40,968 bases of DNA, taken from assembly GCF_004010195.1 (NCBI RefSeq), contig NC_057756.1, forward strand, positions 7,209,063 to 7,250,030, given 5' to 3'. Source of the stretch: Chiloscyllium plagiosum. Lineage: Eukaryota. The position numbers were made by a program, and so were the translations under genes. Below, piece by piece: positions 24,297-36,364 of the stretch (the first letter of the stretch is position 1; every line of letters begins with the position of its first letter). Under the pieces are notes generated by a model. It was not told the DNA's origin and made no database searches. It saw only the letters and a program-made list of their open reading frames with translations.

Positions 24297-25728
24297 GAAC
24301 ATAGAGCATAGAACGTAGAACAGTACAGCACAGAACAGGCCCTTCAGCCCACGATGTTGTGCTGACCATTGATCCTCATGTGAGGTAAACCTAATGTATG
24401 AACCCTCAAATTTCTGTGACCATATGCATGTCCAGCAGTCTCTTAAATATCCCCAATGACCTCGCTTGTACAACTGCTGCTGACAATGCATTCCATGCTC
24501 TCACAACTCTCTGCATAAATAACCCACCTCTGACATCCCCTCTATACTTTCTGCCAAACAGCTTAAAACTATAACCCCTCGTGTAAACAATTTCTGCCCT
24601 GGGAAAAAGTCTCTGGCTATCAACTCTATCTATGCCTCTCATTATCTTGTACACCTCAATTAGGTCCCCTCTCTTCCTTCTTTTTTCCAATGAAAAAGTC
24701 AGAGCTCAGTCAACCTCTCTTCATATGATAAGCCCTCCATTCCCGGCAGCATCCTGGTAAACTTCCTCTGAACCCTCTCCAAAGCTTCCACATATTTCCT
24801 ATAATAGGGCGACCAGAACTGGACACAGTATTCCAAGTGCGGTCTAACCAACATTTTATAGAGCGGCAACAAGATCTCACGGCTCTTAAACTCAATCTCC
24901 GTTAATGAAAACCAAAACACCATATGCTTTCTTAACAACCCTGTCCACTTGGGTGGCAATTTTAAGGGATCTATGTATCTGCACACCAAGATCCCGCTGT
25001 TCCTCCACACTGCCAAGAATCCTGCCTTTAATCCTATACTCAACTTCCAAAATGCATCACTTCGCATTTATCCAGGTTGAACTCGATCTACCACCTCTCA
25101 GCCCATCTCTGCATCCTGTCAATGTCACGCTGTAGCCTCCAACAGTCCTCTATACTGTCAACGACACCTCCAACCTTTGTGTCGCCTGCAAACTTGCTAA
25201 GCCATCCTTCAATCTCCTCATCCAAGTCATTAATAAAAATTACAAAGAGTTAAGCCCAAGAACAGAGCCCTGTGGAACACCACTTACCACTGACTTCCAG
25301 GCAGAATACTTCCCTTCCATTACCACTCGCTGTCTTCTGTCGACCAGCCAATTCTGTATCCAGACAGCTAAACTTTCCTGTATCCCATTCCTCCTGACCT
25401 TCTGAACGAGCCTACCATGGGAAACCTTATCAAATGCTTTGGTGAAGTCCAAATACACTACATCCACCGTTTGACCCTCATCAACTTGTCGAGTAACATT
25501 CTCAAAGAACTCAATCAGGTTTGTGAGGCATTACCTGCCCCTCACAAAGCCGTGCTGACTGTATTTAATCAAGCCATGCTCTTCCAGATGATCATAAATC
25601 CTATCCCTCAGAATCCTTTCTATCACCTTGCAGACGACAGACATGAGACTGACTGGTCTGTAATTGCTGGGGATTTCCCTATTTCCTTTCTTGAAGAGAG
25701 GAATTACATTTGCCTCCCTTCAGTCTTC
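24297..25728 (-). mobile_element. CR1 LINE, 5'-truncated
   Basis: Minus-strand pieces [44 protein letters not shown]; (gaacata)-type tail at 24297. Confidence 0.92.
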
Positions 25729-26077
25729 ATTCGCATTCACATTCAGGGAATAACTTCAGTTCTGGTCTCTTGTGATACACAACTGATTCAGTTAATACTA
25801 ATCGCAAAAGGCTTGGTCCTAGCCTGATGGTTTGAAGTTGTTTTCAGAAAAGTTCAATTTGATTGGATCAACAGTTTGCAATTATAAAAGGGCTGCCTGA
25901 GTGAAGTCTGAATTAAATATCTGTAATTTTATCAGGAACGTCTAGGGACTATCAAAGGAACAAAGGCCACACTGCATCTTGACCAGTCAGCAACTCCACG
26001 ACTAGGAAAGCCTCATCCACTGCCATTTGCCTTACTTGCAAAATCAGGAGGCTTCATTGCTTTATTGACCTGAAGAA

Positions 26078-26314
26078 TAACATTTTCACGCAGAGGCTGG
26101 TAAACGTTTGGAACAGGCTGCCAGATGTTTTGGTGGAGGCTGATACAATTACTTCATTGAAAAGGGAAATGGATGGGTATGTGAATAGGAAGAATTTAGA
26201 GGGATACGCGACAAATGCTGGCAAATGGGACAAGATCAGATTGTGATACCTAGTCGGCGTGGACGGGTTGAGTGGGAAAGCTTCTGTGCTGTATAGATAT
26301 ATGATTCTATGATT
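26078..26314 (+). mobile_element. Short CR1 3' end
   Basis: ttcacgcagaggctggtaaacgtttggaacaggctgccag... ending tatgattctatgatt. Confidence 0.75.
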
Positions 26315-26593
26315 TCTGCAATCTATTGCTCACAGGGATTGTCCTACTATCAGGCCACTATGGCTGTAAGCCTTTTGTTTGGCGTTTTCCTATGAAGCCT
26401 CAGAACTGAATAATTGGAATGCAATATGGACTTGTAACATATATTCGCAATCAAATCAGAAATAAGAATGATGCAACTTTAACATTCCCCTGGGAATCCA
26501 GTAGCGTGTAAAAGAGTTTCTAAACTCATTAATGCACTATTTAATTCAAAGGTTTTGACTTCATCACCCAGGAACAGATACTCCATACGCAAA

Positions 26594-26660
26594 ATGCTCC
26601 AATTGTTCACTATTATTGTTAAAGTATACTACATCAGTACTGCTGTGATTGCCATCCCGG
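26594..26660 (+). CDS. GPR139/GPR142-like class A GPCR, coding exon 1
   Basis: aaaATG MLQLFTIIVKVYYISTAVIAIP g|gtaagt (phase 1 donor). Splices in frame to exon 2 (G+TT = V, giving ..IP-VNALAIVIL), completing TM1. Confidence 0.8.
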
Positions 26661-27394
26661 GTAAGTTTTTTTTAAAGAAATGTTCATTAGATGTGTGCAT
26701 CGCTGACTAAAACCAGCATTTACGGCTCTACGGAAAAGTTTAAGAGTAAGGCACATTGTTATGGATCAGGAATCAAATTTCAGCCAGACCAGGTAAGCAT
26801 GGTAGGTTACTCTCTTTAAGAACGTGAGTGAAACAACTGGATTTATCCAAAAAATCGAGAATGCATTCGTGGTCATCATTACCTCTTAATTCCAGATTTT
26901 GCTTGCATTGAATTCAAATTTGAAAATCTGCCATGGCAGGATTCAAAACTGGATTGCTAATAAAATACAAGGGTTTCTGGATTAATAGTCTATTGGTGCC
27001 ACGAGGCCATTGCCTCCCTTCTGCAGAACTTGCAAAGTTGCATAAATTCAGGTAGTTGAAGCCCATGCCACCGTCCTTAAACTTTGCTCGGAATATTTGG
27101 CATTGTGGTTGGCAAAGCCATCATAAGACATGCATTGTCAGGATTGTTGTAAGTTTTGACTTGACCTGTTGTGAGTGGTTAGATTGACTTGATGGTATGA
27201 AGGAAATCCACTTTTGTAGAACAATTATGCTTCTTCTTTCAAGGGATCGTTCAAAGAAAGAAGTAATGACATTTCCTAATCCCAGGAAGTTACATGAATG
27301 GAAAACAATGAAGGCCATTCACTAACACTTCGCCCGTACTGAGAATGTTGCTACTTTTAAACATAATTAGTGAGTATAAATTGAAATTTTCAGA

Positions 27395-28152
27395 CAGTTC
27401 GATAAATGTGAGGTTCTAAATTTTGGAAAGGCAAATCAAGGCAGGACTTATACACTGCTTGGTAAGGTCCGGGGGATTGTTTCTGAACAAAGTGGTTCAT
27501 AGTTCCTTCAAAGCAGAGCTGCAGGTGCATATGATAGTCAAGACGGCAATGGGTACGCTTCTCCTTCGCGATCAGTGCATTGAGCATAGGAATTGGGACG
27601 TGATGTTGCAAGGTACAGAACATTGCTTATGCCATGTTTGGAATACTGTGTGCAATTGTTGTCACTTTGCTGTATGAAAAATATAGTTATACCTGGAAAG
27701 GTGCAAGAAAGATTTGCAAGCATATCGCCAGGATTGGTGGGTTTGACTAATATGTTCAGGCTGAATGGACTGGTTGCCTTTTCCATTGAGCATCGGAGGC
27801 TGAGTGCGATTCGTAATGTGAATAGTCAATGTCTTTCATCCAGGGTATCGCCATCTAAACCAAGAGTGCTTAGGTTTAAGATGAGAGCAGAAAGATTAAA
27901 CATGGATCCAAGGGGCAAAATTTTGATGCAGAGGATAGTGCATATATGAAATGAGCTGCCAGAGGAAATGGTGGCCGTTGGTACAATTACAAGATTTACA
28001 AGGCATTTAGAAGATTCGATGAATAGGAAGGACTTCGAGGGATAAGGGGCAAATGTTGGCATATGGGACCAGATTAGTTTAAGATATCTGGTCAGAATGG
28101 ATGAGTTTGACTGAAGGGCATGTTTCCGTGTTGTACATCTTTATGACTCTAA
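27395..28152 (+). mobile_element. Decayed CR1 3' part in GPCR intron (paralog 31340-32096)
   Basis: LEYCVQL remnants; tail gtacatctttatgact shared with ~32090. Confidence 0.8.
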
Positions 28153-28268
28153 GTGACTGAAAGTGATTGTTAGAAGCTTGGAGTACAGAATAGACACGCA
28201 GAGTAATTCAGCTGAAAGAGCAAGTTTACTTTACCCTCAACATAAATCGTTTTGTCTTATTTTCAAAG

Positions 28269-28394
28269 AGAAAGTGAGGACTGCAGATGCTAGAGATCAG
28301 AGCTGAAAGTGTGTTGCTGGAAAAGCGCAGCAGGTCAGGCAGCATCCAAGGAACAGGAGAATCGACGTTTCGGGCATGAGCCCTTCTTCAGGAA
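28269..28394 (-). mobile_element. Single-arm Penelope-like-derived short element
   Basis: Perfect 14-bp TSD tcttattttcaaag (28255-28268 / 28395-28408); empty site in paralogous intron (~32214). Confidence 0.85.
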
Positions 28395-28395
28395 T
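28360..28395 (-). ncRNA. Minimal type I hammerhead ribozyme motif
   Basis: Reverse complement: attc CTGAAGA a gggc-tcat-gccc GAAA cgTC gatt. Confidence 0.6.
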
Positions 28396-29105
28396 CTTAT
28401 TTTCAAAGCAGACTTTGTTATATTGTATCAGTTAGCTGCTCCGTTTGTTTAGCTTGATGTTCATCAATGGTTTCATTTACCTTAAACCACATTTCAGTTT
28501 CTCAATGATTATCCTATGACCTTCATGTAATTCCGGAATTGAAGTCCACGTGTCGATTGGGTGTGGGTATGTTCTCTCATCGTGGGTGTCAGTGTTCCCA
28601 GACTCTTATGGAACATTATATAAGAATGAGTCCGTCATGTAAGGCAGGATGATGCAATGTAATGGTGTCAAATCCATGATTCTTGGTGCCATATTTGCAA
28701 AACGGATATCATTCTACGTCAGCTTGCATTGTGACCATGTTAAAATGTGTCCTGACAACATTTTGGTCCATTGCTCCTTTTGCTGCACTCCTCATGTTTT
28801 TGTCTTGCTTCCATGAACAGAATGAACTCAGTTAGGCGAATAGAACACGTTCAGACTGATTCTGTATGCAACAGTAACATATTGAAATGGCCTTTTTCCA
28901 CCTCCGCAGCCATTTTTCAGTATTTCATGTTCAATACCACACACACTCCGTTTGAGCATTGGATGCAGATTAATGTGGGATGGAATCAAGATTAAAATTT
29001 CTGTTACTTTGTGATATTCTTCCTGAGTACCTTTTTGCTTTCTCCACTAAAATGCAATTATGCTTGAATTACAATTTCTAAACTAGTTTAGTTTTCCTTC
29101 TACAG

Positions 29106-30016
29106 TTAATGCATTGGCAATTGTGATATTGTCCCATGGAAGATGTGGCCTCTCCAGATGCACGACTCATTACCTAACGGCCATGGCGACAGCGGATCTG
29201 ATGTTCATTGTCACTGACAGTATATTGTTTGAACTGAATCGTTACTTTTATCAGGGATCATTCCTGCACCTCACACCTGCATGCATTGTGATTTACTTCT
29301 TACTTTTAGTAAGTTCAGACTGTTCTGTCTGGTTCACTGTCACTTTCTCCGCTGATCGGTTTGTGAGTATATGTTGCCGGGATCTGAAACTGAAATATTG
29401 TAACGTCAAAACAGCAACTGTTATTCTTTCAACAACCTTCACTCTTTTCTTTCTGAAAAATGTTCCCATTTTCATTACACGGGAACCAATGATTGTCGTT
29501 GACAATGTACACTGGTCTTGTCAAATAAAAGCCAGCTATTTTACTGAACCTGGATGGATGGTTTATGACTGGTTTGATAAGGTGTTAACACCTTTACTCC
29601 CATTCAGTTTAATTTTACTCCTGAATGCTATGACAGTCAGATACGTTTTAATAGCAAATCGGATCCGTCAAGGATTGAAGTTCCAGAACCCGGAAGAGGA
29701 GCGCAATGATCCTGAGATGGAGAGCAGGAGGAAGTCAATGATTTTACTGTTCGCCATATCGAGTAACTTCATATTGCTGTGGTCACCATATGCAATAAAT
29801 TTCTTATATTATCGAATTGCAGCAATTGATCCAGGATCTTACAATAACAGTTTGTATGTATTTGAAAGATGTGGAGTAATGCTACTGAATCTGAGTTGCA
29901 GCACAAATACGTTTATTTATGGAGTAACTCAGTCGAAGTTCAGAGAACAGTTCATTAGCGCTGTAAAATACCCACTGATTTCAATCAGCAGAGTCTTAAC
30001 TTTTAGAATGAATTGA
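29106..30016 (+). CDS. GPR139/GPR142-like class A GPCR, coding exon 2 (325 aa total)
   Basis: ttttccttctacag|tt acceptor; open frame to TGA. Hydrophobic TM segments; MATADL (TM2), SVWFTVTFSADRF (TM3), PLLPFSLILLLN (TM5), FILLWSP (TM6), SCSTNTFIY..SKFR (TM7/helix 8). Confidence 0.92.
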
Positions 30017-30105
30017 TGGCAATCGATAAGATAGTAACATGTACCACTGTTTTCCTGAGTAGACTGATATTTCCTCACCGGCACCATGTGTTAACTAGCA
30101 TGAAA

Positions 30106-30111
30106 AATAAA
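30106..30111 (+). terminator. Candidate polyadenylation signal of the intact GPCR
   Basis: AATAAA 90 bp after the stop codon. Confidence 0.4.
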
Positions 30112-30996
30112 CAGACTGTGAGGACAATTATCTTCTTCTGACAGCATTAATTATCCCACAACATATTTCCTCTATCCAGAATATCTGACTCCAAAATGCA
30201 GATTTCATTTCTTCACCTTGCAAGCACCATATTAACATCGAATTAAGCTTTCAAAAGGCTGTTTTGAAAGTTGGAATGCCCTTTGTACATTTAACTGAGG
30301 TTTGAAGTAGTCTCTGGATCTGCATTGAAGATGTTACCAATCAAATGGATCACCATTAACCAGGAATTGATTAGACAAGCATATGTAAATTTTCGCTACC
30401 AGCACAGTTCAGAGAGTAGGAATGTTCAGCAAGCAAGTGGGAAGCTCAGGAAGTGATACATGACCTCTTTGCTGAGATATTTGTATTGTTGATAAGCCAC
30501 AGGTGAGGTGCCAGAGTCCTGGGTGTTGGCCAATGTGGTTCATTTTTTAAGAAACACCGTAAAGGAAGAGCCAAGGAATTACAGACCGGTGAGACTGACA
30601 TCAGTTGTGGTCAATTTGTTGGAAGGGATTCTGAGGAAAGGACTGAATAGAAAGAGTCAACATGGTTTTATGCATGGGAAATCATGTCTCACGAACTTGG
30701 TTGAGCTTTTGAAGAAATGACAAAGCGTTTGATGAAGGCACAGTGGTACAAATTGTCTATATGGACTTTGACAGGGTTGTGCATGTAGATCTGTTAGCAA
30801 GATTCGATCCAAGAGGAGCCAGCCAATTGGATGCAAAATTAGCTTGAAGGTGGGAGACAGAGGGTGATATTGAAAGGTGTTTTTTTCGGAATGGAGGACT
30901 GAAACCAGCGGTGTGCCACAAGGATCAGTGCTGGGAAACAGCCACATTGCTGTGGATTTGGAATCACATGTCAGACAGACAGGGAAGGGTAGCAAT

Positions 30997-31198
30997 TATA
31001 GAACCAATCTGTTCAGTCTCTCCATCTAGGTCACATTCTTGAAATCTAGTGATATACTTTTAAATCATGTCTGCATATTCCAGTCCCGTATGCCAGAAAT
31101 TATCCAATACCCTTTAAACCCTTTCTATTCATTTACCCAATCAAATGCCTTTTAAATGTTGTAATTGCACCAGGCTCCACACTTCTTCTGACAACTCA
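30997..31198 (-). repeat. Two-part inverted templated insertion
   Basis: 30997-31082 is the reverse complement of 31648-31733; 31082-31198 is the reverse complement of 31904-32020 (one mismatch seen). Confidence 0.92.
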
Positions 31199-33715
31199 GA
31201 AGTTTTAATAGTCTTATAATCATAAAACTCTTAATGCCAGATTTTGCAAATGACACTAACCTAACACATTGCCAGGATTGAATTTTTTTTTTTCATTTTC
31301 AGCATAATTAGTGACTCCAAATGCATTTTTCAGAATTTTGGATGCATTTGACATCCTAAATTTTGAAAGGCAAATCAGGACAGAACTCATAGACTTAATG
31401 GTAAGGTCCTGAAGTGTGTTGCTGAATAAAGAGACCCTGAGTTGCAATTCCATGGTTCCTTCCAAGTGGAGTCGCGAGTGGATAGGATAGCAAAGTAGGC
31501 TTTGGTTACACTTGTCTTTTAGGTTAATGCATTGAGCGTAGAAGTTGGGAGGTCATGTAGAATCCTGTACAGGGTATTAGTTGCTCTACTTTTTGAACAC
31601 TACGTGCCATTCTGGTCATCTTGCTGCAGGAAAAGTGTTGTTAAACTTGGAATATGCAGACATGATTTAAAAGTATATCACTAGATTTCAAGAATGTGAC
31701 CTAGATGGAGAGACTGAACAGATTGGTTCTATATCCTTGGAGCATCGGAAGCTGAGGGCCATGGACAGTGTGAATAGTCAAAGTCTTTTTCCCAAGGTAA
31801 GCGAGTCCAAAACTGAAGCGCATACATTCAAGCTGAGAGGGGACAGACTTAAATGGGACCGATGGGGCAACATTTTCATGCAAAGTATGGTGTATGTATG
31901 GATTGAGTTGTCAGAAGAAGTGTGGAGCCTGGTGCAATTACAACACTTAAAAGGCATTTGATTGGGTAAATGAATAGAAAGGGTTTAAAGGGTATTGGAT
32001 AATTTCTGGCATACGGGACTTGAATAATGTAGGATATCTCATCAGCATTAGTGACTTCGAGTGAAGAGCATTTTTCCATTTGTACATCTTTATGACTAAA
32101 ATTGATTGTTAGGAACTGGGAGTGAGGAATAGACAGTTATTTGCATGCATACAGAGGGCGAACAATTTAAAATAACGTTCAAATTTCTCAATTGACAGAA
32201 ATCTTCTTTTTGGTCTTATGTTCAAGGCAGACTTAAAATGGATCTCCATTTTATTCATTGGAATAAATATTCATTTATATTAAACACATTTCAGTTTCTC
32301 AATGATGATTCCTCCATCTTTCATGATTTAAATGCCCATCGCGAGATCCACTTGTTCACAGAATGTGGACATGATCACTTATCGTGGGTGCTGGTGTTCC
32401 AATGTTTTTTGTGGAACATTGTTTAAGAATGTTTTTGTCTCGTAAGACAGGATTATGTAATGTAATGGTGTCAAATCCATGATTATGGTCACCATATTTG
32501 TAATACATTTGTTATTCTATGTCAGCTTACACTGTGACATTAAAATGTGTCCTTACAACATTTAAGTCCATCACTACATGGCTAGGAAAAGAACTTTTTT
32601 AATTGATGGGAACACAGAAGGCAAATGGACAGTGTACTAAACTCCTCACTTTTTTTTCTGTTTCTGTTAACAGCATCATGTCAGTAAAGCCAATAGGATG
32701 CCTTCAATCTGATTCTGTATGAAATAGTAGTGTCATAGAGTTATAGAGATGTACAGCATGGAAACAGACCCTTCATCCAACCCATCCATGCCGACCAGAT
32801 ATCCCAACCCACTCTAGTCCCACCTGCTAGCACCCGGCCCTTATTCCTTAAAACCCTTCCTGTTCATATACCCATCCAAATACCTCTTAAATGTTGCAAT
32901 TGTATCAGTCTCCACCACTTTCATTGGCAGCTCATTCCATGCACGTACAACCCACTGCGTGAAAAAGTTGCCCCTTAGGTCTCTTATATATGTTTCCCCT
33001 CTCAACATAAACCTATGCTCTTGAGTTGTGGACGCCCCAACCCCAGGGTAAGGAATTTGCCGATTTACCCTATCCATGCCCCTCATAATTTTGTAAACCT
33101 CTATAAGGTCACCCCTCCCCCAGCGTCTGACGCTCCAGGAAAAACAGCCCCAGCCTGTTCAGCCTCTCCCTATAGCTCAAATCCTCCAACCCTGGCAACA
33201 TAGAGTCATAGAGATGTACAGCATGGAAACAGACCCTTCTGTCCACCTGTCCATGCCGACCAGATATCCCAACCCAATCTAGTCCCACCTGCCAGCACCT
33301 GACCCATATCCCTCCAAACCGTTCCCCGATCCCAGGGAAAAGACTTTGTCTATTTATCCTATCCATGCCCCTCATAATTTTGGAAACCTCTATAAGGTCA
33401 CCCCTCAGCCTCCAAATCTCCAGAGAAAACAGCCCCAGCCTGTTCAGCCTCCCTATAACACAAATCCTCCAACCCTGGCAACATCCTTGTAAATCTTTTC
33501 TGAACCCTTTCAAGTTTCACAACATCTTTCTGATATGAAGGAGACCAGAATTGCACGCAATATTCCAACAGTGGCTTAACCAATGTCCTTTACAGCCACA
33601 ACATGACCTCCCAATAAAGTCCACATAGATCACATCTACTGCTCTGCCCTCATCAATCCTCTTTGTTACTTCTTCAAAAAACTCAATCAAACTTGTGGGA
33701 TATGATTTCCTACGC

Positions 33716-33925
33716 GGAGAAAGTGAGTACTGCAGATGCTGGCGATCAGAGCTGAAAATGTGTTGCTGGAAAAGCGCAGCAGGTCAGGCAGCATCCAGGG
33801 AACAGGAGAATCGACGTTTCAAGCATAAGCCCTTCCTGAAGAAGGGCTTATGCCCGAAACGTCGATTCTCATGTTCCCTGGATGCTGCTTGACCTGCTGC
33901 GCTTTTCCAGCAACACATTTTCAGC
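33716..33925. mobile_element. Palindromic Penelope-like-derived short element
   Basis: Perfect 15-bp TSD tatgatttcctacgc (33701-33715 / 33926-33940); inverted arms. Confidence 0.85.
33833..33867 (+). ncRNA. Minimal type I hammerhead ribozyme motif
   Basis: ttc CTGAAGA a gggc-ttat-gccc GAAA cgTC gatt. Confidence 0.6.
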
Positions 33926-34973
33926 TATGATTTCCTACGCACAAAGCCATGTTGACAATCCCTAATCAGTCCTTGACTTTCCAAATAATATATTGAGATG
34001 ACAATTTTACACCTCCACAACAACAGGTCTACTCAATACTCTGAGAAATAAAGGAAAGCATACCAAACGCCTTATTCACTATCCTATCTACCTGCGATTC
34101 CACTTTCAAGGAGCTATGAACCTGCACTCCAAGGTCTCTTTGTTCAGCAACACTCCCTAGGACCTTACCATTAAGTGTATAAGTCCTGCTAAGATTTGCT
34201 TTCCCAAAAAGCAGCACCTCATATTTATCTGAATTAAACTCCATCTGCCACTTCTCAGCCCATTGGCCCATCTGGTCAAGACCCTGTTGTAATCTGAGGT
34301 AACCCTTTTCGCTGTACACTACACCTCCAATTTTGGTGTCATCTGCAAACATGCTAACTGTACCTTTTATGCTCGCATCCAAATCATTTATATAAATGAC
34401 AAACAGTAGAGGACCCAGCACCGATCCTTGTGGCACTCCACTGGTCACAGGCCTCCAGTCTGAAAAACAACCCTCCACCACCATCCTCTGTCGTCTACCT
34501 TTGAGCCAGTTCTGTATCCAAATGGCTAGTTCTCCCTTTATTCCATGAGATCTAACCTTGCTAATCAGTCTCCCATGGGGAACCTTGTCGAACGCCTTAT
34601 GGAAGTCCATATAGATCACATCTACTGCTCTCCCCTCATCTATCCTCTTTGTTACCTCTTCAAAAAACTCAATCAAGTTTGTGAGACATGATTTCCTCTG
34701 CACAAAGCCATGTTGACTTTCCCTAATCAGTCCTTGCCATTCCAAATAATATATTGAGTTTACACCTCAACAGCCATTTTGCAGTATATCACATTCAAAG
34801 TCAGACATCGACTCCCTTTGCTCATTTGATACAACTTACTATGACATGGAATTGAGATTCAATTTACCCTTACAATTTAATATTGTTCCTGAACAAACTA
34901 TTAACATGTCAACTCAAATGGAAGGCTGTTCGAACTGCACTTTCGAACCTAATTTTAGTTCTCCCTCTTACAG

Positions 34974-35914
34974 TTAATGCACTGGCAATTGTGATCCTGT
35001 CCCAAGGAAGGTGCGGCCTCTCCAGGTGCACCACTCATTACCTGGTGGCCATGGCAACAGCGGATCTGATGCTTACCATCACTGACGTTATAGTCTATCA
35101 CCTGAACGATTTCTTTTACCAGGGATCATTACTGCACCTCAGAAATGCATGCATTGTGATTTACTTCGTACTCTATGTGAGTTCAGACTGTTCTGTCTGG
35201 TTCACTGTGACTTTCTCTGCTGATCGGTTTGTGACAATTTGTTGCCAGAAACTGAGACTGAAATATTGCACAGCGAAAACAGCAGCTGTTATTCTTTCAA
35301 CAACCTTCACTCTTTTCTTTCTAAAAAATGTTCCCATTTTCATGACACAGGAAGCTGTGATTGTGGTTGACAATGTACACTGGTCTTGTCAAATTAAGGC
35401 CAGCTATTTTACTGAATTCGGATTGATAGTTTTTGTTTTGTTTGATAAAGTGTTAACACCATTACTCCCATTCAGTTTAGTTTTGTTCCTCAATGCTTTG
35501 ACAGTCAGATACATTTTAGTGGCGAATCGGATCCGTAGAAGATTGAGAAGTCTGAAGATGGAAGAGAAGCACAGTGATCCTGAGATGGAGAGCAGAAGGA
35601 AGTCAATGATTTTACTATTCACTGTATCAAGTAACTTCATACTGCTGTAGTCACCGTACGTAATTCATTTCTTATAATATCGAATTGCAGCAATATATCC
35701 CAGATCATATAATGAGGGTTTGCACATATTTGAAAGCATTGAACTAATCTTGCTGAATCTAAGTTGCAGCACAAATACGTTTATTTATGCAATAACTCAG
35801 TCGAAGTTCAGGGAACAGTTCGTTAATGCTGTAAAATACCCACTGACTGTAATGAAAAGAGTAATTACTTTTAGAATGAAATTATGGCAATCTATAGGAC
35901 AGTACCACACATAG
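34974..35914 (+). pseudogene. GPR139-like GPCR pseudogene (exon 2 only)
   Basis: ctcttacag|tt acceptor; close paralog of 29106-30016. TGG>TAG at 35648-35650 (TM6 Trp), TAA at 35675-35677, ancestral stop lost. No exon 1 found upstream. Confidence 0.9.
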
Positions 35915-36364
35915 CTGTTTTCCCGACTACTGATTTGAGTAATAAACGTTCATCAACTGATTTATATTAAGATTGTTTATTTGTAGAAATAGAATGTGAA
36001 CAATAGTGTAACCTTCCCTTCAGTTGGGTGGTGTTTTATTTGAATTGTCAAATTATTGAGACAAGATTTTTAATCTTCACCTGAAGTCAGCATAATAAAT
36101 ATTTTGTTCAAGCTAAATATACCATCGCAGTATCCACAGAAATTGAGTAAATACTCAAGAATTCAACAGGAAGAACTGAATTAACTTAATTGCATTCCAA
36201 TAAATAGGTAGCACCGAATTTAACCACTTGGCTATTTGATACATAGATCACATCTACTGCTCTGCTTTATATTCCAAACGAGTTCCCTCACATTTTGCAC
36301 GCCTAATTTCAATTTGTTTTCGAATAAACTTTCCCTAATTTAATTTACCTTAGAATTGATTTGC

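Larger units (their letters stand above)
32732..34748 (-). mobile_element. Compound CR1 LINE insertion in intron of GPCR pseudogene
   Basis: RT ORF 34029-34745 ([25 protein letters not shown]). Two 3' tails (32732 and ~33200). Empty site in the intact gene's intron at ~28878. Confidence 0.92.

Noticed and set aside
29293..29505. Conserved antisense ORFs in both GPCR copies (also 35173-35373)
   Set aside because: Shadow of conservation on the coding strand.
34883..34973. N-terminal extension making the second GPCR a single-exon gene
   Set aside because: Starts at TTG in intron-homologous sequence ahead of a conserved splice acceptor; downstream stops truncate TM6.
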